Below are positions 28,602 through 37,014 of a stretch of 64,000 nucleotides of DNA, piece by piece (position 1 is the stretch's first letter; each line of letters opens with the position of its first letter). The notes below the pieces were generated by a model that was not told where the DNA came from, searched no databases, and saw only the letters and a program-made list of their open reading frames with translations. Made by a program: the position numbers and the translations under genes. Source of the stretch: an uncultured Nitrospirota bacterium (GTDB lineage Bacteria > Nitrospirota > Nitrospiria > Nitrospirales > UBA8639); NCBI GenBank assembly GCA_942491685.1, contig CALOBY010000004.1:425965-489964 (forward strand). The letters run 5' to 3'.

Positions 28602-29084
28602 CTATTGAACGGTGAATCGGGTGATACAAAGAATTTTTTCCGGTTGGTGGGAAGGGGAAACGACGACCATCCATTCTCCGACATGAACTGTTGGTTTCAG
28701 GGATTTTAAGCTCCACATCCGATATCCGGAAGAGGGACGAACAGCTAGATTGACCTCCGATACCTTCGTCCATGTCCCATTGACTTGGTGATGCCAGCTA
28801 TGGCGAAGGGTTCCTTCAGCGGTGGCCACAACTTTGGTCCAAAACATAACGAGTGAAGTCTGGGATGTTTTCACGATCGGAATAGCTGCCTGCTCGTTAT
28901 TGTCTTTTTCACAATAGGCAGGGGGTGAGAAAATACCCTCTGGATTTCGATTGGTGACATCTTTGGCCAGGACGACTTTTTCCACCAGAAAGGCTGATTC
29001 AGCATGGCTAGGATTGGAAAGCATCAGGATGCCCCCCATTGCTATCATGGAACAGATAAATATGATGTGAACCGTGCCCCTCAT
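28602..29084 (-). CDS. Exported DUF2914-like Ig-fold protein
   Basis: Signal peptide (..PSHA|ES), V.NRNPEG, H.WHH, YRMWS.K and GEWMV patterns. Confidence 0.65.
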   Translation of the reverse strand: MRGTVHIIFICSMIAMGGILMLSNPSHAESAFLVEKVVLAKDVTNRNPEGIFSPPAYCEKDNNEQAAIPIVKTSQTSLVMFWTKVVATAEGTLRHSWHHQVNGTWTKVSEVNLAVRPSSGYRMWSLKSLKPTVHVGEWMVVVSPSHQPEKILCITRFTVQ

Positions 29085-29326
29085 GATGGCTCCCTTGACC
29101 GTCAGTGTCTCAGAAGTAGCAAATTAGGATATCTTCTCCTTCAAGTCAATGGAAAGAAAAGACCAGCATTTAAATAATGGACATGAGTAAATGACTCTGG
29201 CCAACATCGCATTCATGATCCCTTGAGTTGACGATACCAAGTGTCGAAAGGTATAAACGACCCCAACGGGTTTGGTTCCGTAAGTGTTGTAGATTCATCG
29301 TGCTGTTTTCCTTCCACTTGTTTTAA

Positions 29327-29401
<75 letters not shown>

Positions 29402-29654
29402 TATTTTCCCCCACCAAAAAGTAGGTTTCTTTCCCTAACGCATGTGATGGATGTCTCTAGAGGGTAAGAAGCTCTCATATTTTTCAATGGCTTAGTGAGA
29501 ATTCGTTATTGTTGAGAAAAGAATTGAGCCAATTCTCCAACCAGGTTGAAATAGGTGGAATATCAGTTAAGCTACGAAGAGTTGTTGAAAAGATTGATCA
29601 AAAAAGGTCAAAGGGGTTTCGATTTCTATCCTACCATCGAAAGGAGAATCCTTT

Positions 29655-30086
29655 ATGAATCTTGCAAGTGAATTGGGAATTGGCGAATCTATACCGACTA
29701 CCCAGAATACTCTTGGTTCACAGAAATCTTTTCAAGTCCCGAGTCCAGTCATACAAGCCAAAAAAGAAGTGGTCGCGTTCTTTGGTGCCGGCGTCGAATG
29801 TATCGGAGAAATTTGGTACGAAGGGAATGTGCAAATTGACGGTCGAATGGAAGGCAAGGTTCACACCAAAGGTACTCTGGTTATCGGAGATCAAGCGGAA
29901 ATCAAGGCTAAAATTGAAGCTGGTAGCGTGGTCTGTAAAGGGAAGATTCAAGGAGAAGTTGTGGCAAAAGACTCGATAAAATTGTTGTCGCCTGGATTCA
30001 TTGATGGGACCATGAGTGCCCCTCGGCTTTCTGTGGAATCAGGCGGAGTGTTTAATGGCCGGGTGAGTATGGGAGCTGCTTCATAA
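29655..30086 (+). CDS. Bactofilin (polymer-forming cytoskeletal protein)
   Basis: Repeating beta-helix pattern GEIWYEGNVQIDGRMEGKV...GDQAEIKAKIEAGSVVCKGKIQGEV...GGVFNG; AAGGAG RBS. Confidence 0.9.
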   Translation: MNLASELGIGESIPTTQNTLGSQKSFQVPSPVIQAKKEVVAFFGAGVECIGEIWYEGNVQIDGRMEGKVHTKGTLVIGDQAEIKAKIEAGSVVCKGKIQGEVVAKDSIKLLSPGFIDGTMSAPRLSVESGGVFNGRVSMGAAS

Positions 30087-30501
30087 GGTCAACATCTTTC
30101 TACGCCAAAAGACCTACTCCCTCATTCATTTCCTGTCTCCCCTTTTTGGCTAATCCTTCGCACTCGTAGCGCAGTGATTCTTTCCGTTTGATTTCGATAG
30201 ATCGACGAAACCTTTCATCGTTTCTCTTTAATCAACTACTCTTGCTCAGTAAGGTCCGGGTTGTGCGATGAATCGTCGAGATGGTTGACGACTTCGATTG
30301 GTTGAACCCCAACATACCTACCAGTAAAGATCATCATCTTTCACTGATCGCCATCTTCTCTATTTGTGAGCTGTCGATCTTCTTAACGCCAAATTTCTTG
30401 AGCATGGCAATTCGGTTCAACGACCGTCATGGAAGTCGTGATATTTGGGTTGTTAGCGAGAATTAGTGAACATTAGTTTCAGATGGTTTTTCCCTAGTGT
30501 T

Positions 30502-30517
30502 AGGCACATCATTTGCT
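30502..30517 (+). promoter_or_regulatory. Sigma54 (-24/-12) promoter
   Basis: AGGCACATCATTTGCT fits GG-N10-GC with the GGCAC and TTGC consensus, 40 nt upstream of ATG 30557. Confidence 0.7.
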
Positions 30518-30556
30518 CAAACGGGAAGGTGAACCAACACTCATAGAAGGGGCACC

Positions 30557-30703
30557 ATGAAAACTTGTGAAAAATGTCAAGGTTCGATGGTCGTGGAAAG
30601 AGCTGTGGACTTAGAAGTCGGGTTGAGTATATTGTACTTTGCTTGCTTGAATTGCGGAAAACGCATTCAAGCGGAAAAAGAACCTCAGCCCCTCGTCCAC
30701 TAA
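30557..30703 (+). CDS. 48-aa zinc-ribbon microprotein (not in ORF track)
   Basis: MKTCEKCQGSMVVE...YFACLNCGKRIQ...* has two CxxC pairs, an AGAAGGGG RBS and a sigma54 site upstream. Confidence 0.75.
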   Translation: MKTCEKCQGSMVVERAVDLEVGLSILYFACLNCGKRIQAEKEPQPLVH

Positions 30704-30741
30704 TTTATTGATAAGCCGTCAAGAATACATGGAGGAGAGCG

Positions 30742-30990
30742 ATGCAGCAACAGAGCCGACCCTTAACGCATGATGAAAAGAAAGCCGCCGAAGCCGCATT
30801 CAAAGGTGCACCATTTGATCCGAAATGGTCTGAGGCTGCCAGAAAAGTATATTTAGGCCTTTCCTCAGCGATCGCTAATAAGCGACATGAGGCCTTTGAA
30901 GAAATTCATCCTTCCAAACCAGCCACCATTGCCAAGCGAGTTGCTACGGACATCAAGCCGCGATCACGGGTCAAATCTAGCTTATGGTAG
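30742..30990 (+). CDS. Small hypothetical protein
   Basis: GGAGGAG RBS, 82 aa; followed by a GAGGGCATCC/GGATGTCCTC hairpin near 31015-31040. Confidence 0.7.
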   Translation: MQQQSRPLTHDEKKAAEAAFKGAPFDPKWSEAARKVYLGLSSAIANKRHEAFEEIHPSKPATIAKRVATDIKPRSRVKSSLW

Positions 30991-31210
30991 AAGGAGATAG
31001 CTGATTGAATAGCGAGGGCATCCGTTCCCAGGATGTCCTCACATTACTTCTCCTACCTCTCTCGACTGTAAGACCTTCCTCGTTTACAATTCATGCACCA
31101 TTAATCGGCAAGAATAGAATAACGCACGTCTTTTTCTTGAAACGAGAAAACCTGATTCACTGAGAATGAGGTTTCAAGAAAAAAGGGCTTGTCCTTTGTC
31201 GTAACCTACG

Positions 31211-31768
31211 ATGCCACAAGAAACCATTTACATCGGACTTGGATCAAATCTGGGAGACCGGCACGAGCTCTGTGATCGGGCCCTTGCCCTCATGGCGTTA
31301 CTTCCTCTTTCACAAGTGACAGGCATTTCGTCATATTACGAAACCGAACCAGTCGATCCTGATGGGAGATTGGGAGGTAACTGGTTTTACAATGGGGTGG
31401 TTCGGTTGGAAACCTCATTGATCCCGGCCCGCCTTCTGGATATCTTGCAAGAAACCGAACGAGGGTTGGGCCGTGACAATACTGATCGGCTCGGCCCCAG
31501 AACCATGGACTTCGATATCCTTCTGTTTGGTCAACAGCAAATAGATCTCCCAGGGTTAACCGTGCCTCACTCTCGATTGCATCAGCGTCGGTTTGTCCTA
31601 GAGCCCCTGGTAGAATTGGATCCCACATTGAGGCATCCGACGTTGAACCGCTCTATGATTGAACTATTGGAAACCCTTCAAGACCCCGGCCGTGTGAAGA
31701 AACTCACTATCAAGCCGGGATCAAAATATCGTACTCGACCGGCCTGTTCAGTCCCACCCCTTTCGTGA
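31211..31768 (+). CDS. folK: 2-amino-4-hydroxy-6-hydroxymethyldihydropteridine diphosphokinase
   Basis: YIGLGSNLGDR, SSYYETEPV, GPRTMDFDILL and PHSRLHQRRFVLEPL. Confidence 0.95.
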   Translation: MPQETIYIGLGSNLGDRHELCDRALALMALLPLSQVTGISSYYETEPVDPDGRLGGNWFYNGVVRLETSLIPARLLDILQETERGLGRDNTDRLGPRTMDFDILLFGQQQIDLPGLTVPHSRLHQRRFVLEPLVELDPTLRHPTLNRSMIELLETLQDPGRVKKLTIKPGSKYRTRPACSVPPLS

Positions 31769-32613
31769 GCGCCATGCGTATCGTTCGTTCGATTCGAGGG
31801 CTCCAAGCCTGGAGACGTCAACATGAGAATGAGGAAATCGGGTTTGTCCCAACGATGGGTGCGTTGCACGAAGGTCATCTCTCCTTAATTCGTCAGGCCA
31901 GAAAACATTGCTCACAAGTAGTCGTCAGCATCTTTGTGAATCCCTTACAATTCGGGCCAACTGAGGATTTAAGTCGCTATCCTCGTCCCGTGAAAAGTGA
32001 CCAGAAGTTGTGTCGAGAAGCCGGGATCGATCTGCTCTTTAGGCCCTCGCATGAAGAATTTTATCCTAAAGATTTTCAAACATCCGTGAAAGTGAATCGA
32101 CTCAGTGAGCGCTGGGAGGGGAAGGCGCGTCCCACCCATTTTGAAGGGGTGGCGACGGTTGTGACAAAGTTACTGTGTTTAGTTCGCCCGCGTCGGGCGT
32201 TTTTCGGGCAGAAAGATTATCAACAACTGTTGGTCATCAAACAATTAGTGCAGGATCTGAATATTGCCACAACAATTATCCGGTGTCCGACCATTCGGGA
32301 ATCGGATGGCCTCGCCCTGAGTTCACGGAATCGTTATCTCTCAGAAAGTGAACGCGCTCAAGCAGTTGGTGTTTCCTCGGCTTTAGCTCACGGAGTGCGA
32401 ATGATAAAGGGAGGGGCACGCCATGTTCCGACCATTCAAAGGACTATGAGGAACGTGCTGGAAAAATGGAAAGGACTCACGATCGAATATCTGGCTGTCT
32501 GTGATGCAGGAAGTTTAGAACCTCTGGCAAAAGCGAAGGGGAATATGGTGCTTGTTGCAGCGGTTCAGCTCGGCCACGTTCGGCTCATTGATAATATGCT
32601 GGTGAAGGTATAA
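31765..32613 (+). CDS. panC: Pantoate--beta-alanine ligase
   Basis: FVPTMGALHEGHLSL, SIFVNPLQF, FGQKDYQQ, RESDGLALSSRN and RLIDN. Confidence 0.97.
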   Translation: MSAMRIVRSIRGLQAWRRQHENEEIGFVPTMGALHEGHLSLIRQARKHCSQVVVSIFVNPLQFGPTEDLSRYPRPVKSDQKLCREAGIDLLFRPSHEEFYPKDFQTSVKVNRLSERWEGKARPTHFEGVATVVTKLLCLVRPRRAFFGQKDYQQLLVIKQLVQDLNIATTIIRCPTIRESDGLALSSRNRYLSESERAQAVGVSSALAHGVRMIKGGARHVPTIQRTMRNVLEKWKGLTIEYLAVCDAGSLEPLAKAKGNMVLVAAVQLGHVRLIDNMLVKV

Positions 32614-32629
32614 AGAATTGGGAACCGGA

Positions 32630-33277
32630 TTACGAATCTTGAATCAATTCATTGGGAAGTTCATTCGGATTCGCTTCGCCTCTTTTGGCAGGAAAGGTCT
32701 CAGCTAACACCTCCCCGCACGTCGTAATGGCATGACACAGAGATTCGACCGGGTTGCCTTTTTGGAAGCCTCGGCGGATGACGTTGACCATATCATCCCA
32801 AACCTGTTGGGGAACCTGATCAAGAATGGGGTGATCGGTCAATACCTCAATCCGATGCTCTAATAAGGAAACAAGAATAAGCACTCCGGTTCCCAGTTCG
32901 GTTCGATGTAGCCCATGTTCGAGAAAGGCCTGGTGAGCACGAACATTTACTTTGTAGGCCTTTCGTTCGTTTGATGTCAGTAGTCGAATCACTCCCTCAA
33001 ATGTTCCTAACCAATATCCCAAACCAAAAGATAATATTACGGAGAGTAGGAGCCAACCCCCATTCATGGCATGCCATCCCCACGGCATCCATTCCCATTC
33101 AATAACTAATAGGGTGCTGAGCATCAAAAAGGCGCAGCCAATCCCGGCCCGATATTGGGCTTCACGGTATCGGGCCGAACGGGTAATGATCATCGGTACG
33201 ATTTCTCCTCGTGTCCCGCGTTCGGCTTCAGCCACAGCCTCACGTATTCGTGCTTGATCCTGTTCAGAAAAAGACAT
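32630..33277 (-). CDS. TPM-domain membrane protein (LemA operon)
   Basis: EAERGTRGEIVP, GVLILVSLLEHRIEVLTD and NPNELPN. Confidence 0.8.
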   Translation of the reverse strand: MSFSEQDQARIREAVAEAERGTRGEIVPMIITRSARYREAQYRAGIGCAFLMLSTLLVIEWEWMPWGWHAMNGGWLLLSVILSFGLGYWLGTFEGVIRLLTSNERKAYKVNVRAHQAFLEHGLHRTELGTGVLILVSLLEHRIEVLTDHPILDQVPQQVWDDMVNVIRRGFQKGNPVESLCHAITTCGEVLAETFPAKRGEANPNELPNELIQDS

Positions 33278-34219
33278 TCACCACCCTCCAGAGGCTCCGC
33301 CTCCACCAAAGCTCCCACCTCCGCCTCCAAACCCTCCTCCAAAACCACCCCCACTCCCACCAAACCCGCCTGACCCACCAAAAGGGCCGCCTCGGGTACG
33401 AGGCCAACCCAACCCGAAATCATGAGCCAACGGGTTGTGGGAAGAATGGCCACCAGCACGAGAAAAGAGATTCACTAGGAATAGAGCCGTGATGCCAGCC
33501 AGCATCGCGATGAGTAATGCTGCAGAAATGCCTACCATAAAGGCAATGAATCCACCAATAACACTCCCGTTGAGACGGCGTCCTGCTCCAAAGAACAGCC
33601 CCACAATGGTGCCGATCGCCACAGCAATAAAAAATTTCCCCAACTGACCCACTGCGGGTTCGGCGTTTAAAGATGGGGAATTGGTATACGTTCCTTCAAT
33701 GGTCGCCAGAATCGCTTGCGTGCCCGCGACAACGCCTCCTGGGAAATCTCCGGCCCGGAAGCGCGGCACCACTTCGTGTCGAATGATTCGTGAACTTTTG
33801 GCGTCCGTCAATGTGCCTTCCAAACCGTAGCCGACTTCAAGACGAATTTTTTTGTCTTGAATCGCGATCAGAAAAAGAACGCCATTGTCGGTCCCCTTTT
33901 TCCCAAGTGCCCACGTGGTCGCGACCTGGTGCGAAAAATCTTCTATGGGAGAGCCTTCTAAAGAAGGAATGGTGAGGACCGCGACTTGATTAGAAGTCGT
34001 ACCTTCATGAGCAGCGAGAATTGAATTGAGTTCAGAAAGAACGCTTGGCGAAAGGATGTGGGCACGGTCGACTACCCGGCCGGTGAGGGGAGGCACATCC
34101 AGGCCCCAGGCAGAGGGTAGGATGAGAAACACGCTCAAGATTCCTAAGCCAACAAGGTAGCGAGCACACCATCGTGGCGACCGGCTTCTCTGGAATAGCA
34201 TCATGAACGTGGGTTTCAA
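33278..34219 (-). CDS. TPM-domain (YgcG-like) protein with Gly-rich tail
   Basis: LGKKGTDNGVLFLIA, RLEVGYGLEGTLTD and C-terminal FGGGGASGGW. Confidence 0.9.
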   Translation of the reverse strand: MKPTFMMLFQRSRSPRWCARYLVGLGILSVFLILPSAWGLDVPPLTGRVVDRAHILSPSVLSELNSILAAHEGTTSNQVAVLTIPSLEGSPIEDFSHQVATTWALGKKGTDNGVLFLIAIQDKKIRLEVGYGLEGTLTDAKSSRIIRHEVVPRFRAGDFPGGVVAGTQAILATIEGTYTNSPSLNAEPAVGQLGKFFIAVAIGTIVGLFFGAGRRLNGSVIGGFIAFMVGISAALLIAMLAGITALFLVNLFSRAGGHSSHNPLAHDFGLGWPRTRGGPFGGSGGFGGSGGGFGGGFGGGGGSFGGGGASGGW

Positions 34220-34225
34220 TGTCGG

Positions 34226-34822
34226 TTAAAATTTTACCTCAGGAGGAGTGGAAACCGCTTTTTCATCCGCGACTGAAAAGTTGGGTTTAACTTCAAGGCC
34301 CAAGAGATACTTTGCGGTTAAATTCGTCGGGAAAAATCGAACGCCTTTGTTATATTCCGCCACGGTTTCGATATAGCGTTTCCGAGCGACCGTAATACGA
34401 TTTTCCGTTCCTTCTAGTTGGCTTTGGAGATCGCGAAAATTCTCATTGGCTTTCAGGTCAGGATATTTTTCCACGACGACCATGAGTCGAGATAAGGCTG
34501 ACGTGAGCCCTTGTTGGGCTTCCTGAAATTTCTGAAATAGAGTGGGATCGTTGAGGGCTTCTGGAGTCAGTGTGATGCCGGCCACCTGGGAGCGGGCTTG
34601 CGTCACGCCCTCCAAGGTCTCCTTTTCATGGGCCGCGTAGCCCTTCACGGTCGCCACCAGATTGGGAATGAGATCGGCCCGTCGTTGGTATTGATTCAGG
34701 ACTTCACTCCAGGCCGCCGTCGTTTGCTCATCTAAGCCTTGGAGATCGTTATACCCGCACCCGCTTAGGGGTAATACCAACAGAATAACTCCAAACACGA
34801 ACTTCTTGAGCAATCGTTGCAT
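34226..34822 (-). CDS. lemA: LemA-family lipoprotein
   Basis: LSG-CGYN lipobox, YQRRADLIPNLV, EKYPDLKA and LEGTENRITVAR; GAAGGAGG RBS before ATG 34822. Confidence 0.93.
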   Translation of the reverse strand: MQRLLKKFVFGVILLVLPLSGCGYNDLQGLDEQTTAAWSEVLNQYQRRADLIPNLVATVKGYAAHEKETLEGVTQARSQVAGITLTPEALNDPTLFQKFQEAQQGLTSALSRLMVVVEKYPDLKANENFRDLQSQLEGTENRITVARKRYIETVAEYNKGVRFFPTNLTAKYLLGLEVKPNFSVADEKAVSTPPEVKF

Positions 34823-35082
34823 TGTTGAATCCTCCTTCAAAAGAGTAAGCCTGCTTATCTACTCACAGGTATACACCAAATAGATAACCATTTATTTTGA
34901 GAAAACAAGAAGAAGTTGACGGGTCTAGTCAACAAAGAAGAATGCCGAAGGGGTGCATTATTGTGGCAGTGTCAGTAATAAAGAGCAAATCAATGCACAG
35001 GAAGTTGAATCGCTGATTTATCTCATCACAATTGTGACGAGCGAAGGCAGATTCGGATAGGTCCCTCGTGAATCCTACGCAA

Positions 35083-35469
35083 TCAGTCCAATTCAGTAGT
35101 CGACTGATTCTTAATAATTGGTTGAATGTCGGCTGGAGAGTAGGTGGGGGGTTTGACCCATTTGCCGTCTTCGCGTTTGTAGCCGCCGACTTTGCTCATG
35201 TTGGAGCGATGGACTTCTTTGAAGACGGGTTCCATATCGATGCCTAGAGAGACAGCGGTACCGTAGACCACGTACAACAAATCCGCCAGTTCTTTCGCCA
35301 TATTGGGCAAGTCCTTGTTGTGCATCGCTTCTTGGAGTTCCTGGAACTCTTCCTCGATGAGACGGGTTCTCAGGGTTTGAGTGGCTTCATCAGGAATAGA
35401 CGGGGTTGTGGCGATAGGAATTTCAAACTGTGTATGGAATTCTTGAACCATTTTTTGTGCGTCGTTCAA
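35083..35469 (-). CDS. MazG-like / PRA-PH nucleoside triphosphate pyrophosphohydrolase
   Basis: RLIEEEFQEL, KELADLLYVVYG, EVHRSNMSK and REDGKWVKP. Confidence 0.85.
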   Translation of the reverse strand: MNDAQKMVQEFHTQFEIPIATTPSIPDEATQTLRTRLIEEEFQELQEAMHNKDLPNMAKELADLLYVVYGTAVSLGIDMEPVFKEVHRSNMSKVGGYKREDGKWVKPPTYSPADIQPIIKNQSTTELD

Positions 35470-35619
35470 TGTGTACTTCCTCCCCTGCCCCCCTCCTTAC
35501 AAAGAAGGGGGAAATGTTTAAATATTCTTAATGAAAGAAGCTCCGTTATTGCCATGACGGAGAAAAGATAGATTCCTGCCAAGCGCTTGCAGGAATGACG
35601 AGAGGGATTTCATAGCAAA

Positions 35620-36975
35620 CTAGAATGCGAGGATCAAATAGATGTCGTTGACGTTGGTCTGGGTCGGGCCGGTGATGATGTGGCCGCCAACCTGGTTGAA
35701 AAAAGAATAGCTGTCATGTTTCTCTAGCATGGTTTCAATGGAGAGCCCCTTTTTCTTGGCTCGTTGAAGCGTCTTTCCATCAACTATGGCTCCAGCAACC
35801 GCTGTTGGGCCATCCGTGCCGTCGGTCCCAAACCCTGCCACGATAACGTCAGGCAGTCCAGCAATTTCCTGCGCTGCGGCTAACACGCATTCCTGTGCTC
35901 GGCCGCCTTTCCCCTTCCCTGTGACCGTCACAGTGGGTTCTCCGCCGACAATCAAGCAAGCTGGTGGACGAATGGGATTGCCAAATGCACGAATGTCTTT
36001 AGCCATGGCCCCAAGAATGGCTCCCAGCTCCTTAGCTTCACCCTGTAAAGGAGAATCAAGAAGATGGGGGCGGAGGCCCAATCGTTTGGCTTCCTTGGCC
36101 ATGCCCTCAATAGCCGTTTGATTATTGGCCAGAATGATCGAGTGATGACCTGGAGCATGCCGTCTGTGACTTTTCCATGTTTCAGGGTGATGTCCCTGGA
36201 TGCCCTGCCCTAGATGCGTTCGAATGCGGTCGGGAACCCTATTCCAAATTTGATACTGTTCCAGGATCGCGTTGGCCTCTTGGAAGGTCGTTGGGTCTGG
36301 CATCGTAGGGCCGGAACCGATGGTGGGTAAATCATCGCCCAAGACATCAGATAGAGCCACAGTTAAAATTTTTGCGGACGTGGCTTGAGCGAGTTGTCCG
36401 CCTTTCACGGCAGAGAGGTGTTTTCGGACGGTGTTAATCTCTTGGATCGTTGCGCCTGCTCGCAAAAGCAGGTTCGTCGTGCGTCGTTTATCATTCAGTG
36501 TCAGGCCAGGAGCGGGTGCACACAGCAAGCTGGACGCTCCACCGGAAAGAAGGACGATGAGTAAATCTTTTTTGGTGAGTGTTCTGGCCATGGTGAGAAT
36601 GTGTTTGGTCGCTCGAACCCCGCGTGCATCGGGGAGCGGGTGGCCGGCTTCTACAATCTGAATACGTTGCGTGGGTGCTTTGTAGCCATCTTTGACGATG
36701 ACTACTCCGCCTTCTACATATTCCCCTAGAATTCGTTCGAGCATGTGCGCCATGTGAGCTGACGCTTTCCCGGCGCCCACACATACGATCCGCTGGTATC
36801 GTGATAAGTCGTATGGCTGCCCGTTGACGGACAGGTGGCGACCGTTTCTGCGGATCGATTGTTCCATGGCTTGGCTGGGGTCAGCGGCTTTTAACCCAGT
36901 TTGAATGAGCGCATTCAGGATCCTTTTGACTTGGGTATTAGGGGTCTGGATGAGCATGATGTGGCTATGGCTCAA
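35620..36975 (-). CDS. Glycerate kinase type 2 (MOFRL / TtuD-like)
   Basis: GAGKAS, GHPLPD, LSGGASSL, KGGQLA, GSGPT, GTDGTDGP and TGPTQTNVND. Confidence 0.9.
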   Translation of the reverse strand: MSHSHIMLIQTPNTQVKRILNALIQTGLKAADPSQAMEQSIRRNGRHLSVNGQPYDLSRYQRIVCVGAGKASAHMAHMLERILGEYVEGGVVIVKDGYKAPTQRIQIVEAGHPLPDARGVRATKHILTMARTLTKKDLLIVLLSGGASSLLCAPAPGLTLNDKRRTTNLLLRAGATIQEINTVRKHLSAVKGGQLAQATSAKILTVALSDVLGDDLPTIGSGPTMPDPTTFQEANAILEQYQIWNRVPDRIRTHLGQGIQGHHPETWKSHRRHAPGHHSIILANNQTAIEGMAKEAKRLGLRPHLLDSPLQGEAKELGAILGAMAKDIRAFGNPIRPPACLIVGGEPTVTVTGKGKGGRAQECVLAAAQEIAGLPDVIVAGFGTDGTDGPTAVAGAIVDGKTLQRAKKKGLSIETMLEKHDSYSFFNQVGGHIITGPTQTNVNDIYLILAF

Positions 36976-37014
36976 TCGGGTAAGGTGAGTGACCGCAGTC
37001 GGCGAACTGAATGG

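Noticed and set aside
30281-30466. 61-aa ORF upstream of the sigma54 site
   Set aside because: No RBS or recognisable features; it lies where an upstream activator region would be expected.
33278-33400. Short GGN-rich repeats resembling a tandem repeat or CRISPR
   Set aside because: They encode the Gly-rich tail typical of TPM/YgcG proteins. No spaced direct repeats or cas genes occur in the window.
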